Source: the human T2T-CHM13v2.0 reference genome, Homo sapiens. From it: a stretch of 64,000 nt of DNA. The stretch's first letter is position 1. Each line of letters starts with the position of its first letter. Below are positions 15,702 through 30,772 of this stretch, piece by piece. The notes below the pieces were generated by a model, which was not told the DNA's origin, made no database searches, and saw only the letters and a list, made by a program, of their open reading frames with translations. Position numbers and translations under genes: made by a program. Location of the stretch: the NCBI RefSeq assembly GCF_009914755.1, contig NC_060935.1. The stretch is one strand, 5' to 3'.

Positions 15702-16077
15702 GATTATGGACTGAATTGTGTTCCCCCAAATTCACACATTTCATTCCTAACCCCCAGTACCTGAGGGTATGACCGTATTTGGAGATGGGGTCTTTAAAGA
15801 GGTAATTAAAGTAAAATGAGGTATTGGGGTGGGCCCTAATCCACTATGACTTGTGTCCTTATAAGAAGAGATTAGGACACGGACAGGCACAGAGTGAAGA
15901 CCATGTGAGGACACAGGGAGAAGATGGCCAACTACAAGCCAAGGAGGGAGGCCTCAGAAGAAACCAGCACTACCAACACCTTGATCTCAGACTTCCAGCC
16001 TCCGGAACTGTGAGGAGACACATGCCTCTTGTTTAAGTCACCAGTCTTTATTATGGCAGCCTTAGCAAATGAATACA
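15702..16077 (+). mobile_element. MLT1A/B-like solo LTR
   Basis: (tg)ttatggactgaattgtgttcccccaaattc...gcagccttagcaaatgaataca; TSD cccag at 15697-15701 and 16078-16082. Confidence 0.82.
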
Positions 16078-17682
16078 CCCAGCCTCACCCAGGAACTACT
16101 GCTTAAAAAACACAAGAGGATACAGAACACAAATAGGAAGCACCTCTGAAGCACCTCTGGGCAGTGTGGGCTGCATAACCCAGAGCTTAGAGATCTCTCT
16201 ATAGGTTTGTCCCTGACAGAAGCCAGTTCCATTCACAAAGGCACCACTATCCTGGAAGTGTGGGTGTTTCAGAGCAGCCTCCTGGTGGGGCCCTGCCTTA
16301 AACCCTGGCAGGCCTGCCAGGAGCTCCTCCTCACCCACAGAGGGCCACATCCACAGAAATGATGACAAAGGGCCCTTAGGTTCTTGCGTTCCACAAGGAG
16401 GCTCCAGTGGGAACAGGCCTTGGGAACCAAGGACCTGTGCTGCCCAGAGAAACCCAGGATGGGCAAGGAGCCGGCCTGAGGTCACACAGCCTGAAGGACA
16501 GCATCTGAGCTGGACTCTCACCCCCTGCTCTTGTCCCAGCTGCTTCCTTTTGCAGCCCTGGCACCTCGCCCAAATCTGCTGCCACCCGCTTCACTTTCCC
16601 ACCCTCTCCCCTCCACCTCTCTGGCTCTGACTAAGGCCAGGAGCATGATTTCAGAATGATGAAACCCAGCTCCTGAGGTCACGCCGGCCTCATCGTAGTG
16701 GCTGTAATTTTGCACGGCCTCATCCCCCGCAGTAAGCTGGGGAAGCTGCCAGGCCTTTGGCACATGTCTGGGGGGCAATGTGAGGATGAGACAGTTAGAA
16801 GAGATCACTTCAAGCCAGGTCAAGAGGAATTTTTGGTTACATACCATCTCTTGTCCCAGCCCTGGTCTGGGAGACACAGACTGATAATGCAGCCTTATTA
16901 TGCTCACGTCATACCTTTGGCCATCATCCCACTTAATCCCCTTTATACACACAGTTTCCAAGCCAACACCACCAAACTGCCTGCACGTCCGTCCCCACGC
17001 TGTGCTGATTCACATCTCTGGGGTTTTGCTCCTGCTGTTGCTGTTACCTCTGTGTGGACTACTCTTCCCTCCTCTTCCTCCACCCTCCTTATCTACTTTG
17101 CTAACTCCTGCTCTTCCTTTAGGGCCTAGCTGTGCTGTCACCTTTCCCAGGAAACCTTCTCTGACCATGCCCTCAGCAGGTAGGCCTGTATATTTCTCTC
17201 TGTACTTGCATAATCATCTATCTTTATGTCCTTGCATTGCATGTGAATTATCTGCTCACATAACCATTTCCCCATCCAGAATGGGAGCTTCTTAAACTTC
17301 TTGCGTGGGATGGGGTTGGGACTAGATCTGGTTCATCTTGGTGTCCCAGCCCCCAGTTCAGAACTGAACATAGAATGAGTCGGTAAGTGTTGATTGAATG
17401 TCAGCCCACCCCCTACCCAACACACACAAAGATAGATAAGGCCTCCATTTACAGAGAGAAAAGCCCAAGAGGAGTTTTTTGACCTGTTTAATGTCCCAGG
17501 GTGAGTTAGTATCAGGACAGGGATTAGCATCCAGCTCTTTGGGAGCTTAGACTAGTTCTTATGCACGAAGGACAGCATTCATAGAGCAGCCAGCCAAAGG
17601 GACCCACTCAACATCTGTGAAAAGAAGAGGGGGGCAGGGAAGAAAAGAAACAAAGGGATCACTTAGCCTGAGCCAAACTGGG

Positions 17683-18782
<1,100 letters not shown>

Positions 18783-21419
18783 CTGTGGGCAAGCAGGTAA
18801 TGGAATGGATCTGTTGAGGGTGGGGTGACCAGACTTCTAGTGTGCTTAGAACTATCTTGGCTTCAAGCTGTCATCCTGAGGGTGATCGTACACCCTTTTG
18901 CTCTCAAAAACATTCTGGCTTGAAGAATAAATTATATGATTACCCTAGTCACAGACTATTAGGGCAGGAAGCTCAAGCCTTCCATTTTGCAGATGAGGAA
19001 ACTGAGGCAGAAAGGGGCAAGAATGTGCCCAGTGTCACACAGCTAGTAGCAGAGTTGAGACTAGAACCTAGATCTTTTGCCAGGAGGAGGACAGGTTGGT
19101 GCCCAATTCAGACTGAAATATTTCTTGCATCAAGAACACTTCCTAGAGGAAGTGGTAGGCATAGTCATCAGTGATGATAATAATGAAGATGATAATGATG
19201 AATTTATTGCACACTTACTGTGGGCCAGGCATTGTAAATTAATGCCAAATTCTTTAGATGTATTATTTCATTTGGTCTTCACATAGGGAAACCAATTTAT
19301 AGTGGTTAAGTGACCAACCAGTAGGCATTGAATCTAAGTTTCAAACTCAAATCTTTCTTATTATAAAGTGAATTATTTCCTCTGTACTTAGAGGGTTGTT
19401 GGGCTTAGGGGCCTAAGAGGATTAGAAGCTTTACTTTGGAGAAGCCCAGCTTTAGGGCAGAGATGGAGAATGATGGCGGGGTTGGGGATTTATTGAGCCT
19501 CTGAGTCTATGAGAGAATGGATATGAGGATGCAGTGGCTCAACGACTTGTGTTTAATTTCCACTGAAGACTGAAATTATGGTCACAGCAGGCGTAGATTA
19601 TCTATTTATTTTTAAAGGTTTATTGTTTTCCACATCTGCTGAATGTAGAACATTTGGAAAATAACAGAAGGAAAGAGAAAATAATAACAATCATGATAAT
19701 TCCATACTCCCAAAGAACCACTGATAACATTTTAGCAAATTTCCTTTCAGGGATTTTTTTTCTTTTTTTCTTTTTATCCTCTCTTTCTTTTTTTTTTTTT
19801 AACTTCCCATTCACCCAATATTACAGGGATTTTTTTTTAAATAAAGTATTTTGACTTATGAAAAAGTATAAGAATAATATGATCAACACACATGTACCCA
19901 CCCTCCAGCTTAAGAAATAAGATATTCTATATATTATTGAAGTCTGGCATACCTGTTACCCAGTATATTTCCTTCCTCCCTGCCAGGAGGTCTTTCTAGG
20001 CTTTTCTCTATGCATGTTGCTTTTGCTTACTTGATGTTGCTGTGATTTTACAGTTTGATACCAGAAGAGCTCAGGAGAGACATCAGCAGGTCCCCAACCC
20101 TGGCACAGTCTAGTAGTTCCAAAATATTACCTTATAAAAAAGCAGCTTTGGACTGGCTCCACCTTCCCACATTTGGTGCTGGGTGGCCCAGTGATGTCAC
20201 TCTACCCTTGGGAGTTCCTGCCCCAGCTGTGTAGCTGTGGGCCTGGTTTGGCGGGTCCCCTTGCCCTCCCTCTTCCCACCTGTCTGACCTCTGTGCTGCC
20301 TGTGCTCCCCCTCTTTCTCAGCCTCTCCCTTCCTTGTAGCTCAGCTTCTCTGCCTTGTCGCATCAATCCCCGTCTCCTCTCTGCTCCAGCTCCTCTTCTA
20401 TGGGCAAGCAGCGGCCCAGGTGGAGAGAGCAACTCTACTTTCTGCCACAGGCCCTACTTCCCGAGGGTTCTAAAGCTCCCCTATCTTTCCCACCAATGCC
20501 AAGAATTCCTTCATTTCCATTTTATTCATAAAGTCATGGATTATGGGACTGGAATCACACTTAGAGCCTATGCAGCCCTTCCCCACCCCCATTTTCCAGC
20601 TGAAGAAATCGGCTGGGAGAGGACAACCCATCTGCCCCATGTCATCTGTCATCCAGAGGGGACAACAGAGCAAAACCAGAAGCCAAGGTTCTTGCCTCTT
20701 ATTCCAGTGCTCCTGAGACCCCTCCCACGGGTGAGCACCCACCAGGGCTGGATGCCCCCACCCCCGCCCCTGGAAGCCTGCTTTGAGAAGACTGGGGTGT
20801 TGTGTAAGAGCGTGTGGTGTTGGTCACTGCTGCTGTTTCATCTGGAGCATATGGGATCTCCGGGGCATGGTGGGTGGGAGAAAGCCTTGCAGCTGCTTCA
20901 TTCAGGGGAAGAGTGTTAGGGCTGGCGAGGTCCTAGAGATCATCCGAAGCCCACTCCTTCCAGACAGGAGGAAACAGCTGCTTGTATGGTGAGGAGGGAG
21001 ACCAGTCTGGTTGATGCTTTTGAGGTCATCCTGCAAAAGGTTCTTGAATGCCAGATGAAGAATTTGATCTTCACTCAAAGGGCTGCAGATTGACGCCCAG
21101 CTCCATCAAGAACTAGTCGTGCAACCCTAGGCAAGTCACTAAACCTCCCTGAGCCACCATAGCTTCATCTGTAACACTGGATAACAATAGCATTCCATGT
21201 GCAGATGAAATGGGACAGTGCAGGGAGAGTACCCAGCCCAGAGGCTGACGCACACATTTACCCATGGTAGATGGCAGCTGTGTGACTCCCATAGATGCCC
21301 TGGGCTCACGCTGGGCTCTGTTGCCAACACCTTGAGCTGCACCTAGTTCCTTAGACCTTGCTAAGCCTCCCATCTCGACTTCATGAAGGGTCAAAGGTGA
21401 GGGGATTTATTCTCTCTAA

Positions 21420-21765
<346 letters not shown>

Positions 21766-24700
21766 AAGCTCATAGTCTTTTTGAAGAGATAGCTGCATAC
21801 ATATTGGAGATACAGTTCTTGATGGTGAGGGGTCGGCTGTGCCAGGATGGGGCTTGGGGCACTGGGAGCTCTGAGATGTGCAAGTGAGTCAGCTCTGGTC
21901 ACACCACAGGATCCTCAGGGGTTAAAGCTCAAGATTCTGTTCTGGATGCCCATGCCCAGCACAGGGCCAGTCAGGGACTGACTATGAGGCAGCACCCACC
22001 AACAACCCTCTTTCAACAGCCTCACAGGCAGCCAGGGGTGCTGGGAAGACCAAAGGCCTCAGACTCAGCTTGTCCTGGGTTCTAGCCCACCTTCCCCAAC
22101 TGTGACGTTGGACAAGCCTCTCAGCCACCTCCCTGAGCTCTGTTTCCTCATGATAAAGTGAGGGCAGAGGACAGCAACACCGAGCAATGGGGTTGATCTA
22201 CTGATGCTGGCATTATGTATAAAACACATTGTTCAGGGCTGCCATCGAGTCAGTGCACCAAAATATGGCAGTGATTATGTGTGTGTGAATCTCATCATCT
22301 CAGACAGACTGTGAGCCCTGGGAGGGTTGTGCTGGGGCCTTGTTCTCTTGAACCCCCTCTCCACCCCCAAATGGAGTCAAGCACCCAAGGGAGACTCTCC
22401 TGTATCCATTGACCGCATGACAGAAGAATCTTTTTAACCTGAGGGAGGACAGAGGCAAGGATTTGCCATTTGGTGTTTTCGTGCAGATAAGGTCATAAAT
22501 GACGAATCACTTGTAACTGGAGGCCGAGTCTCCGTGTGTTTTCCAATTTGTGATCTCATTGTATTCTCACAGCCCCCGCCTCCTGCCAACACCATGTCTT
22601 GTGGGAGGATACGGAGAAACTGGGATTGGTCTCCCCAATTTCCAGATGGGAAAATTGAGCTTGGGAGAGACTGAGTGACTTATTTAGGTCACCCTGCAGT
22701 TAATGCCATGGCTGGGGCTTCTCCCTTCCAGCCCAAGGGTTTTTGCAGGAGTCCAGTGGCATGTTTAGGTTGTTCCTGCTACAAGGAAAAGAGAGCCCCT
22801 GAGGTACTGTGGGGACAGTGAGGGAGCACAGAAGGACTTCTCCGGTGGCATGGCCTTTTGATGGCAGTGTCTACACTGCAGCCCTGCTGGCCTGGTGGCT
22901 CCTCAGTGCCCTCCAAAGTAGCAGCAGCCCTAGCTCCTTCCCCAGCCTCACGCCAGGTCTGCTGCTCTTTCCTTCACACTTGTTGGGTCTCCCACTTAAA
23001 CCCCAAAGAGAAAGGATCTGTTTGCTAGACCAGTATTTTGGATGCAAGGGGCACAGACTCTCTCAGGGCACCTTGGGAGTAGTTCTGGGGGACCTGTGTG
23101 GCCTGGAACTGGGGAAGGCTCAGACACCAAGGCAGCCCTCTGTGTGCTTTGTCCCCTCCACTCCCATTGGCCCAGTGCTCTGAGCCGGCCCCAGGCCAGA
23201 TCCCTGGAGGGAGCACAGTGAGTTCATCACCTCACTGGCAGACCCTTCCCAGGGGCCTCCTCAGGCTCTGGGGGCCTGTGAGCTGGGACTCTCCCCACCT
23301 CTGGCTGGTCAGTGGCCTGCGCTGGGCAAAGACCTGCCCACACTGCTTCCGTGAAAGGGAATGGGGAGCCGTTTCATGAGAACAAAATATTAGGGAAGGC
23401 ATGACTGCCAACATGGTTTGTGCCCTCAGGTTAGGTTTTGACTCTACTTACCCTCAGTGTTCCAGAGCCGGGCTGCCTCACAGAGCACACGCCTCTCTTA
23501 GGTCCAGCCCAGAGATGTGGCCTTTGCTCAGGTGTGGCTAGGGTGGAAGGGTCGTCTCAAAATGACAATCATATGTTCAGAGTGGCCATTTTCATCCGAT
23601 GGGGCTGTGCACGGAGGGGGCCTTCTAAGGCATGGAGAGCTCTCTGTGGCAGATGGATCTCCAGAGTCTGTGAGCAGAGTGGAACAGCTGGCTACTCCCT
23701 GGGCCCAGGGTCAGGGCCCTGTCAGCCCACAAGGTGTGTGATGGATGTGGAGACTTAGGCAAGCATTGCATCATGGTGTTCTGGAAAGTTCTGGGCAGCA
23801 AGCAGGGAGGTGTAGATGCGGGGATGTGCCCCTGGGGGCATGGGGGAATAGTTGGAGTGGATGTGCAGGCTCCACCTTGAATGAACCCACTGCAGAGAAG
23901 AATTCACCGTGATGCCAGAAAAAGAGGAGAAAGGAACACAGGTCCTCACCGAGGGTGAGCCTGGGGTGTCTACAGAAAGAACTCAGATGGGCACTTCCCA
24001 GGGGTTGTTGTGAGGGACCAGCACGGACAGGTGCCCTTGAGGGAGGTCAGGTGGCTTCACATCTACTGACCACTATGCCCCTCCCCTCCAGAGACCCTGA
24101 TGGAGCCTGTGTGAGGGCGGGGAGGAAGACGACCGCTCTTGCTTTATTTTCCCACTCCAGGAGTGGGCATTTGTGTGTGGTCTGATGAATTCATGAGGAG
24201 GGCTAGGGAGGACTACTAGAAGCTATCCAATAGGGAGCAGCAGGGCTTCCCCATGAGCTCTGCGAGGGCAGGGTCTACCTATGTAATGTGTCCGGGTACG
24301 CCACCGAACCCAACCAAAAGCAAGGCACTGCAGCGGAATTGCGCGTTTCCGGTCCCAGGGCCTCCAGCGCCCTCTCAGCTCTCCTCCATGGTGGCATCCG
24401 GGACAGGAGACATTCCAGGAGCACATGACTAGCCTCCTACAGGCCTGTCCCCACTGACTCGGAGGCAACCCGGGGCCTCCTGAGGCAACATGGGGAGGCT
24501 CCGGCCCCAACTTTGCTGATGACAAAGTTCCGTGAGCCTCGGGTTCCTCAGCTGTAAGCTGGGAAACTGTGTTCCATTCTGTGAATTTATGTGAATGCAC
24601 AGGAGAGCTCTGTGCACACAAGTGGGTGTTGCCATTAGCCTGGAAAGCAGGGGCCTGCCTGTCCAGTTCAGCTTTGTGAACCCAGTGTGTGGCACACAGT

Positions 24701-26859
24701 AGGTGCTCAGTAAAGCTTTTCTCAATAAACTGACAATGAAAAAGGAGCATTCTGAGAAACATTAATTATGGTCATTCCATCAGCCCGCAGAGAGGGAGGC
24801 CCAGAGGCCTGGTGGAAATGGCATGAGGCCAGCAGACCCGTGTGGAGGGACCTGGGGCAAGGCTCAACAACTTGGGCCTTAGTTTTCTCATGTGTCCAAT
24901 AAAAGGGTTGGACAAGGTGAGCTTTTGGGTTCCTTCCTGGCTCTGAGGTCCTGAGGATTTGCTGCGGGGGTGACCATATGCCCACCCCCATCTGGGTCTA
25001 TAATGATCATGGAACCACGCTCCTGGCCCTGCCCTCCTCCCCGCAGGCTTTCCTTCTTCGTCTTGGCACTTTCATTTGCAGGAGTTTAAATGCTGCTTTG
25101 GTCTTCTTTCATACATTTGTGTCCTTCCCCCAACCCATTTTGAGAGTTCCCTGTGGGCAGTGCTGTCTCCTCAATCCACCTTATCGCCAAGACTGTCTTC
25201 CTCCTGACATCGCACATCCTCCCTCTCCCCCTCATCAGTTTGGGACAAGCCCCATCTTCACGAGGGTCTCTCCCCTGGATCCCACCTAACGCTGTGGCTG
25301 CCCCGTCCCCTGGGGGAAGAGGGCAGAGTGACATGTCTGCTGACAGACTGATGGCCCATGCTCCAAGGGGAGCAGGCCAGCAGCCGCAAAGGTGCAGTCT
25401 GTGCCAGGTGGGCCTTGCCAGCCAGAGCTATTTTTAGAAGCCATGTTTGCAGAGTTTGTGTTAATAGTGTCTCTGTCCAAGCTCTGGCTCCCAGGTCTTA
25501 GGGAGGGGGAGAGCCTTAGAGAAATCCTCCCTCCCGCCTTGTTCTCCTCCTCACAGGTGGCTGGGATCAGTGGGGGACTCCTATCCAGGTCGAAGCCCTC
25601 CCAGCCAGCCATCTGCAGACACAGGGCAAATAGGGGCTGGGGGGCTAGCTCGAGGGAGGAAGAGAGGCACAGAGCTGAGGCTACCAGAGAACCAGTCTCA
25701 GAAGGGAGGCAGGACCCCCAGCCACAGGACACTCCATCGGTGCCATGTCACTGGATGGACACTGTCAGCCGCCTTATCAGTCACCTCCTTAATCAGTGAG
25801 CCTGGGCCCCCATCGGGCTTCTGTATTTCTCTGACCATGCCCACTCTCATCCCAAGACCTCCAGCCAGGCCTTGACTGAGCTCTGATCTGGAGGCACCAG
25901 AGGAAATACTCCCCAGTGCACCTTCCTGGGCCTGTTTATGAAGGGAGGGACCTGGTAGCTGAGAGGGGGGCAAGCTGATACAGTCTCGTCCCTCAGGGCT
26001 CTGAGTCAGACAGAAAGGGCCAATGCCTTGAGTGCACCATTACCACTGTGATGGGTATGAAGAAGTGATGGGTGCTGGGAGGGTATAACTTGCTCTGAGC
26101 TGAGAACTGAAGGATGAGTGGGAATCTCAGTGAAAAGTGAGTGAAAGACAGAACCACAGGGTGGGTGCAAGTGCAAAGGCCACTAAGATTTGGTGATTCA
26201 ATGACTATAGAAGCCAGGAGATTCTTCCAAACATGGGGGCTCCCAAGGAAGAAGCTCCTATCTTTTCTTGGTTCCCACCCATCCACAGAGACCTACTCCT
26301 CTGCCAGCACTGGCAATACTCGGACCCCACCCCCAATGCCCAGTGCAGCCCAGAAAAGGCTTTCCTTTCAGGGCAGTGCCACTCCCGCACACTGAGGGAC
26401 CCTAATGGCCCAAGCTGGAAGGAAGCTCAGAGGGCCCCCACTGGTTCAGTCTAAGGCTCCGCTTCAATACCCCGGCGATGGGAGTTCACTCTCAAAGCGC
26501 AGCTTGATAGGCAGTGAGCGGGCTCTGAGCAGGAACATTCTCCCCGATACACCCACCTCCTGTGACCCAGCTGCCCCGAACCCTGCTCTCCCTCTGCTGG
26601 ACTTTAGGCCTTGCTCTTTCCTTTAAACCCGTGAGACCTTGGGCAAGGTGTTCAACCTCCCTGGGCCTCATCTGTAAAATGGGGATATTAATAGAGCCGG
26701 GAGGATGACATAAAACCAAGTGGGAGAAGCCTCGGTCCAGGCCCTGGAATACAGTAAGCGCCCAATAAGCGTTCATTCCTAGTGACACCGCTATCATCCT
26801 GTGAGAGAAAGGGAAGCTGAGGCCCTAGTGGGCAGGGCTTTGCCCAGGGTGGCCCTGGG

Positions 26860-27250
26860 TAGCGAGCGCGGCCGGGCGGGCGCCGTGGCCTCAGGGGCCC
26901 TCCCCGGGCTGGGCACCCCCACGCCGCCCGGGCACTGCTCGCGGCCGCGCTTTACAAGCGAAAACAAACACGGCCACAAGCAGCCCCTGTGCGACGCGGC
27001 CCCGCGCCCGCCAGCGCCGCCGCCGCCCGGTCAAAGCCGGCTTTGTGCCCGTCCCGCCGCCCCCGCGGCCCAGGCGATTTTAATTAGCGTCTGGGTCTGC
27101 GCCGGGAGATGGGAATCAAAGCCCCCGTTCTTCCAGCGCCCCCACCGCGGCCCCCACCGCGGCCCCCGCCTCTCGGATCCCCGCGGCTCCGCGCACCCCT
27201 GCTGGCAACCGCGGGAAGTGGAGCCCTCCAGGGGCAGCTGTTTGGAGTTC
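26860..27250. promoter_or_regulatory. CpG island not associated with any exon identified here
   Basis: Very GC-rich with dense CpG (e.g. gcgagcgcggccgggcgggcgccg, gcggccgc, repeated cccccaccgcgg) against a CpG-depleted background. Confidence 0.8.
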
Positions 27251-28721
27251 GAATCTCGCCTTTTACAGCAGAGGAACCTGGGGCAAGTTACTGACGCTCT
27301 GAGCCTCCGTTTCCCCATTATTAATAGCGCTAGCCGGAGCCAGCCCTTAGAGTATTGCTGGGAGGTTTACATAAGAAACAAAAGGTCAGCAGGTATTCTA
27401 GTCCTGGGGCAAGGGACAGAAAGCCTTTCTGGGGGCAGGGGGCTGCGTCTTAGGTGAGGTTGAGGAGGGGTCCCCCGGTACACAGGAAAAGGCAGCCCAG
27501 GCAGAGGCAACGGGGGAGTAAAACTCAGGTGCGTTGCCTTCTCTGGAGCTGGACCCGGGAACCCGGGCAGGGGAGGCCGACTTCCACCTGTGTGACGGGG
27601 AGCCACGGGAGGGGTTTGAGCTGGGCCGTGAGAAAGCCAGCTTTGCTTTTTGGAAAGTTCACTTGGGCTGCTGTGTAAAGGAGGGGTTGAAGGGCTGAGG
27701 CTGGAGGCAGTGACTTGATGAGGCCTGAGTTGGGCTGAGGCACCCCCAGAGGAAGGGGCAGGAGGAGGCCCTCACAGGTAAGGCTGCATCATGGGCAGCG
27801 TTCTCCCACTGAGGTTGGGATCCTTACACCCTTGAGGGTTTCTTGAAGGATACTCTGGCCCTGAGTCACCAGGGTGCTTGTTTAAAAAGGCCAGTTGATG
27901 GCCCCACCTCACATCTGCTGAATCGGAACCCTTGGGCTTGGGGCCTTGGAATCCACAGCCTCATGCTGATTCTGTTACATGAATGAGGATGAATGAGCCA
28001 TAAACTAGGAAAAGTATAATCGCTGGTCCCCATACTCCCAGCACCAGGACTGAAGTGAGACATTTGTTCCCATCACTGGGCCTTGTTACCCTCACAGGCC
28101 CCCATGTCTCCCAATGGGCCTCAGTTTCCTCACTCATAAAATGGTCATGACCTCACATCAACCCTTCCTCCTAGGGATATGGGAAAATCACAGGTGCCCT
28201 TGAGTGGGAAATGCCATCAGAGGCAGGAAGACCCCTAAACAGTCCTGTCTTCCACACACTGCATTCACCCTCTTAAAGGCATTTTTGTGCATGACTGCTG
28301 CTGCTCAGCACCCTTTGAGAGCTCCCTGTGGGCAGAGGAGTGGGGTCACTGGAGTGTGGCTCCCCACTGTCTTCAGAATAAAGCTCTGACCCCTCAGCCT
28401 CGTGTTCCAAATTGGGACCTGGCTACATCTCCAGTCTCCTTTCTCAGTGCCCCCAAAACTACCCTCCACCCCTGTTCAATCCCAAACACCTGTGCTTTCC
28501 TGCAGCTTTGACTTTGCTTAACCTGTCCCCTCCTTGGAAATATACTTTCTCCCCTCCCTCTCCCCCATTTTCAAATAGCTATATGTTGTTATTTCTCTAT
28601 GACTGTGCCCCACCCTGCCCCAGTAGGGGTGCTCTTTGTCTCCTGTGAACTCCTTCCGTACTCTCTAGTCCTCTGCTAAAGCACTGACTGCCTTCTACAC
28701 TGGTTAAGATCTTGGGTTTTT

Positions 28722-28953
28722 GATGTGAAGACAATCTGGCTGTGACATCTGTCACCTCAATGATCACAGGGTTGATTTGGCCGGTCTGGCTGGCTAGGCG
28801 GGTGTCCCCTTCCTCCCTCACCACTCCAGTGCATCCCTCCTGAAGCTGCATGCTTGGTCAAAGAGGATGACCTTCCTGATACAGGAGGACCATCCCTCTG
28901 TCAAGGGTATATGAGGAGCTATGCTCCCCTACTAGAACCTCCAAACAAGCTCT
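28722..28953 (+). pseudogene. 7SK snRNA retropseudogene (RN7SKP type), 3'-truncated
   Basis: GATGTGAAGACAATCTGGCTGTGACATCTGTCAC...CTGGCTGGCTAGGCGGGTGTCCCCTTCCTCCCTCACC...CTAGAACCTCCAAACAAGCTCT matches the 5' ~70% of 7SK with CpG decay. TSD aagatcttgggt(t/c)tt at 28706-28720 and 28955-28969. Confidence 0.95.
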
Positions 28954-29326
28954 AAAGATCTTGGGTCTTGGAGATTTATAAATCTAGTTTGTGGCCCTGA
29001 CTCCAGTACTGTGTGACCTTGAAAAAGTTCCTTAACCTCTCTGAGCTTCCATTTCCTCCTTGTATTTTCAAGGAAATTTGGGGACATAAGGAAGGGAAAG
29101 TATTTGGAGCAGTGTCTGGGCAGTGCAGAGTAACAGATAAGAGTGCAGGCTCCTTCTTGAAAGGGGAAATGGGTGAAAAAAAAAAAAAGGAGTGCAGGCT
29201 CTGAACTACAGTGCATGGGTTTGAAACCACACTCCGCGTTCACTCACTGGCAGTATGATCTTGGGTAGCATTACTAAACTCTTCTTTGCCTCAGTTTCCT
29301 CAACTGTACAATTTGGATAATAATAG

Positions 29327-29953
29327 TGTGGCAGACAGACCCTAGTATGGCACCCATAATGTTCACACCCTGTATTATCCCCAGTTTTTGAGTGTGAACA
29401 AGACCTGTGATTTGCTTCTGACCGCTGGAACACGGCAAAGGTGAAGAGATTTTGCAGATGTAATTAGGGTTCCAAATTATTACATTCTGAGTTACTCAAA
29501 AGGGAGATTATGCTGAGTGGGCCTGATTTAGTCAGGGAAAATTCCTTAAAAGAGGAACTGTACCCTCCCTGGAGTCAGAGACTCTGAGTTCTGATTTTGA
29601 AGAAGTAAGCTGTTGTGCTACAAGAAGGCCTAGGAGAAGGCCACGTGGCAAGACTGTGGGTCACCTCTAGGAACTGAAAGTGGACCCTGGCTGACAGCCA
29701 GCAAGAATACCAGGGCTTCAATCCTGCAACTGCAAGGAGGTGAATTTTTCCAGCTTAAGGGAACTTGGGAGTGGATCTTTCCCCAGTCAAGCTTCTGATG
29801 AGACTGCAGCTCTAACTGATGCCTGGATTGTAGGCTGGTGAGACCCTGAAGCAGAGAACTGTCTGTTCCCAGGCTTCTGACCTACAGAAGCTGTGAGACA
29901 ATAAATATGCTAAATTTGTGGTAATTTGTTACTCAGCATACAAAATTAATACA
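29327..29953 (+). mobile_element. MLT1E/F-like LTR inserted in a MIR
   Basis: tgtggcagacagaccc...aagagattttgcagatgtaattagggt...gctaaatttgtggtaatttgttac...taataca. Confidence 0.75.
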
Positions 29954-30275
29954 GTGTCCACCTTATAGGGTTCTAATGAAGATTAAATGGGGTCACGGAG
30001 GTAATCAAAGCCTTGGCCTAGTGCCTGGCTCATGGGAGATGCTCAGTAATTGGTAGTAATTAGCTGCCAATGCTATTATGTTTAGGATGTAGCACTTTAC
30101 AAAGTTATGTTTTTAATCATCAGCTTATTAGCACGTTTGAACAAATGATAGGTTTTGCAGGCAGGAAACCTACATCTGAAACATAGCAAAATTGCTATTA
30201 GACCTTTACCTTGCTGGGCCTGTGTCTGTTAGAATGCATTAGGCTGCAAGTACAGAACACCTGACTAACAGTGGC

Positions 30276-30772
30276 TGTCTTAGGTTGGGATTCTTAGAAA
30301 CAGAAGTTGAGATGAGAAGATGAGTTGAAAGTGATGTCTTAGGAAGTGTTTCCAAGACAAACCAGTAGTAGGGGTGTGGAGAAGTGGGAAGGGAAGAAGG
30401 CAAGGCAAGGGTGTGATTCAGGCCAAGTCCCGCAGAGGGGAGCTTGACTCAGACTTGCAGAGGAGCTCCGGAGATCGTGCAATCACTCCTCAGAGTCATC
30501 CACATCAGCACAAGGGAGCTGGAGGATTGGCACCTCCATACTCATCTGTCTGAGCTAAGGGCCACCTGGGGTGGAGCGGAGGTGGACATTGTCAGGCTCT
30601 TCTGGTTTTCCATGCTCACTGGCAAAGTGGGCTCAGGCAGCCTAAGGTCAGTGTTCTGACAAAGAGAAGCAGGTGCTGGCTGTTGGGAATGAAAGCTCAC
30701 TGGAGCTGGTATGTATGACAATGGTAAAGGGATAACAGGCATTGTGATTGGGTCAATGGCAGTGCCGCTACA
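30276..30772 (-). mobile_element. LTR16/LTR33-type ERVL LTR nested in an older MLT1J/K-like LTR (~30220-31100)
   Basis: TG...CA termini (tgtcttaggttggg...gccgctaca) with 5-bp TSD gtggc at 30271-30275 and 30773-30777. Confidence 0.7.

Noticed and set aside
20173-20919. 248-aa plus-strand ORF
   Set aside because: Non-ATG start, low-complexity Leu/Pro/Ser composition, overlaps a MIR-like segment, and resembles no protein I recognise.
26801-27457. 218-aa Pro/Arg/Ala-rich ORF
   Set aside because: Expected by-product of stop-codon scarcity in the CpG island.
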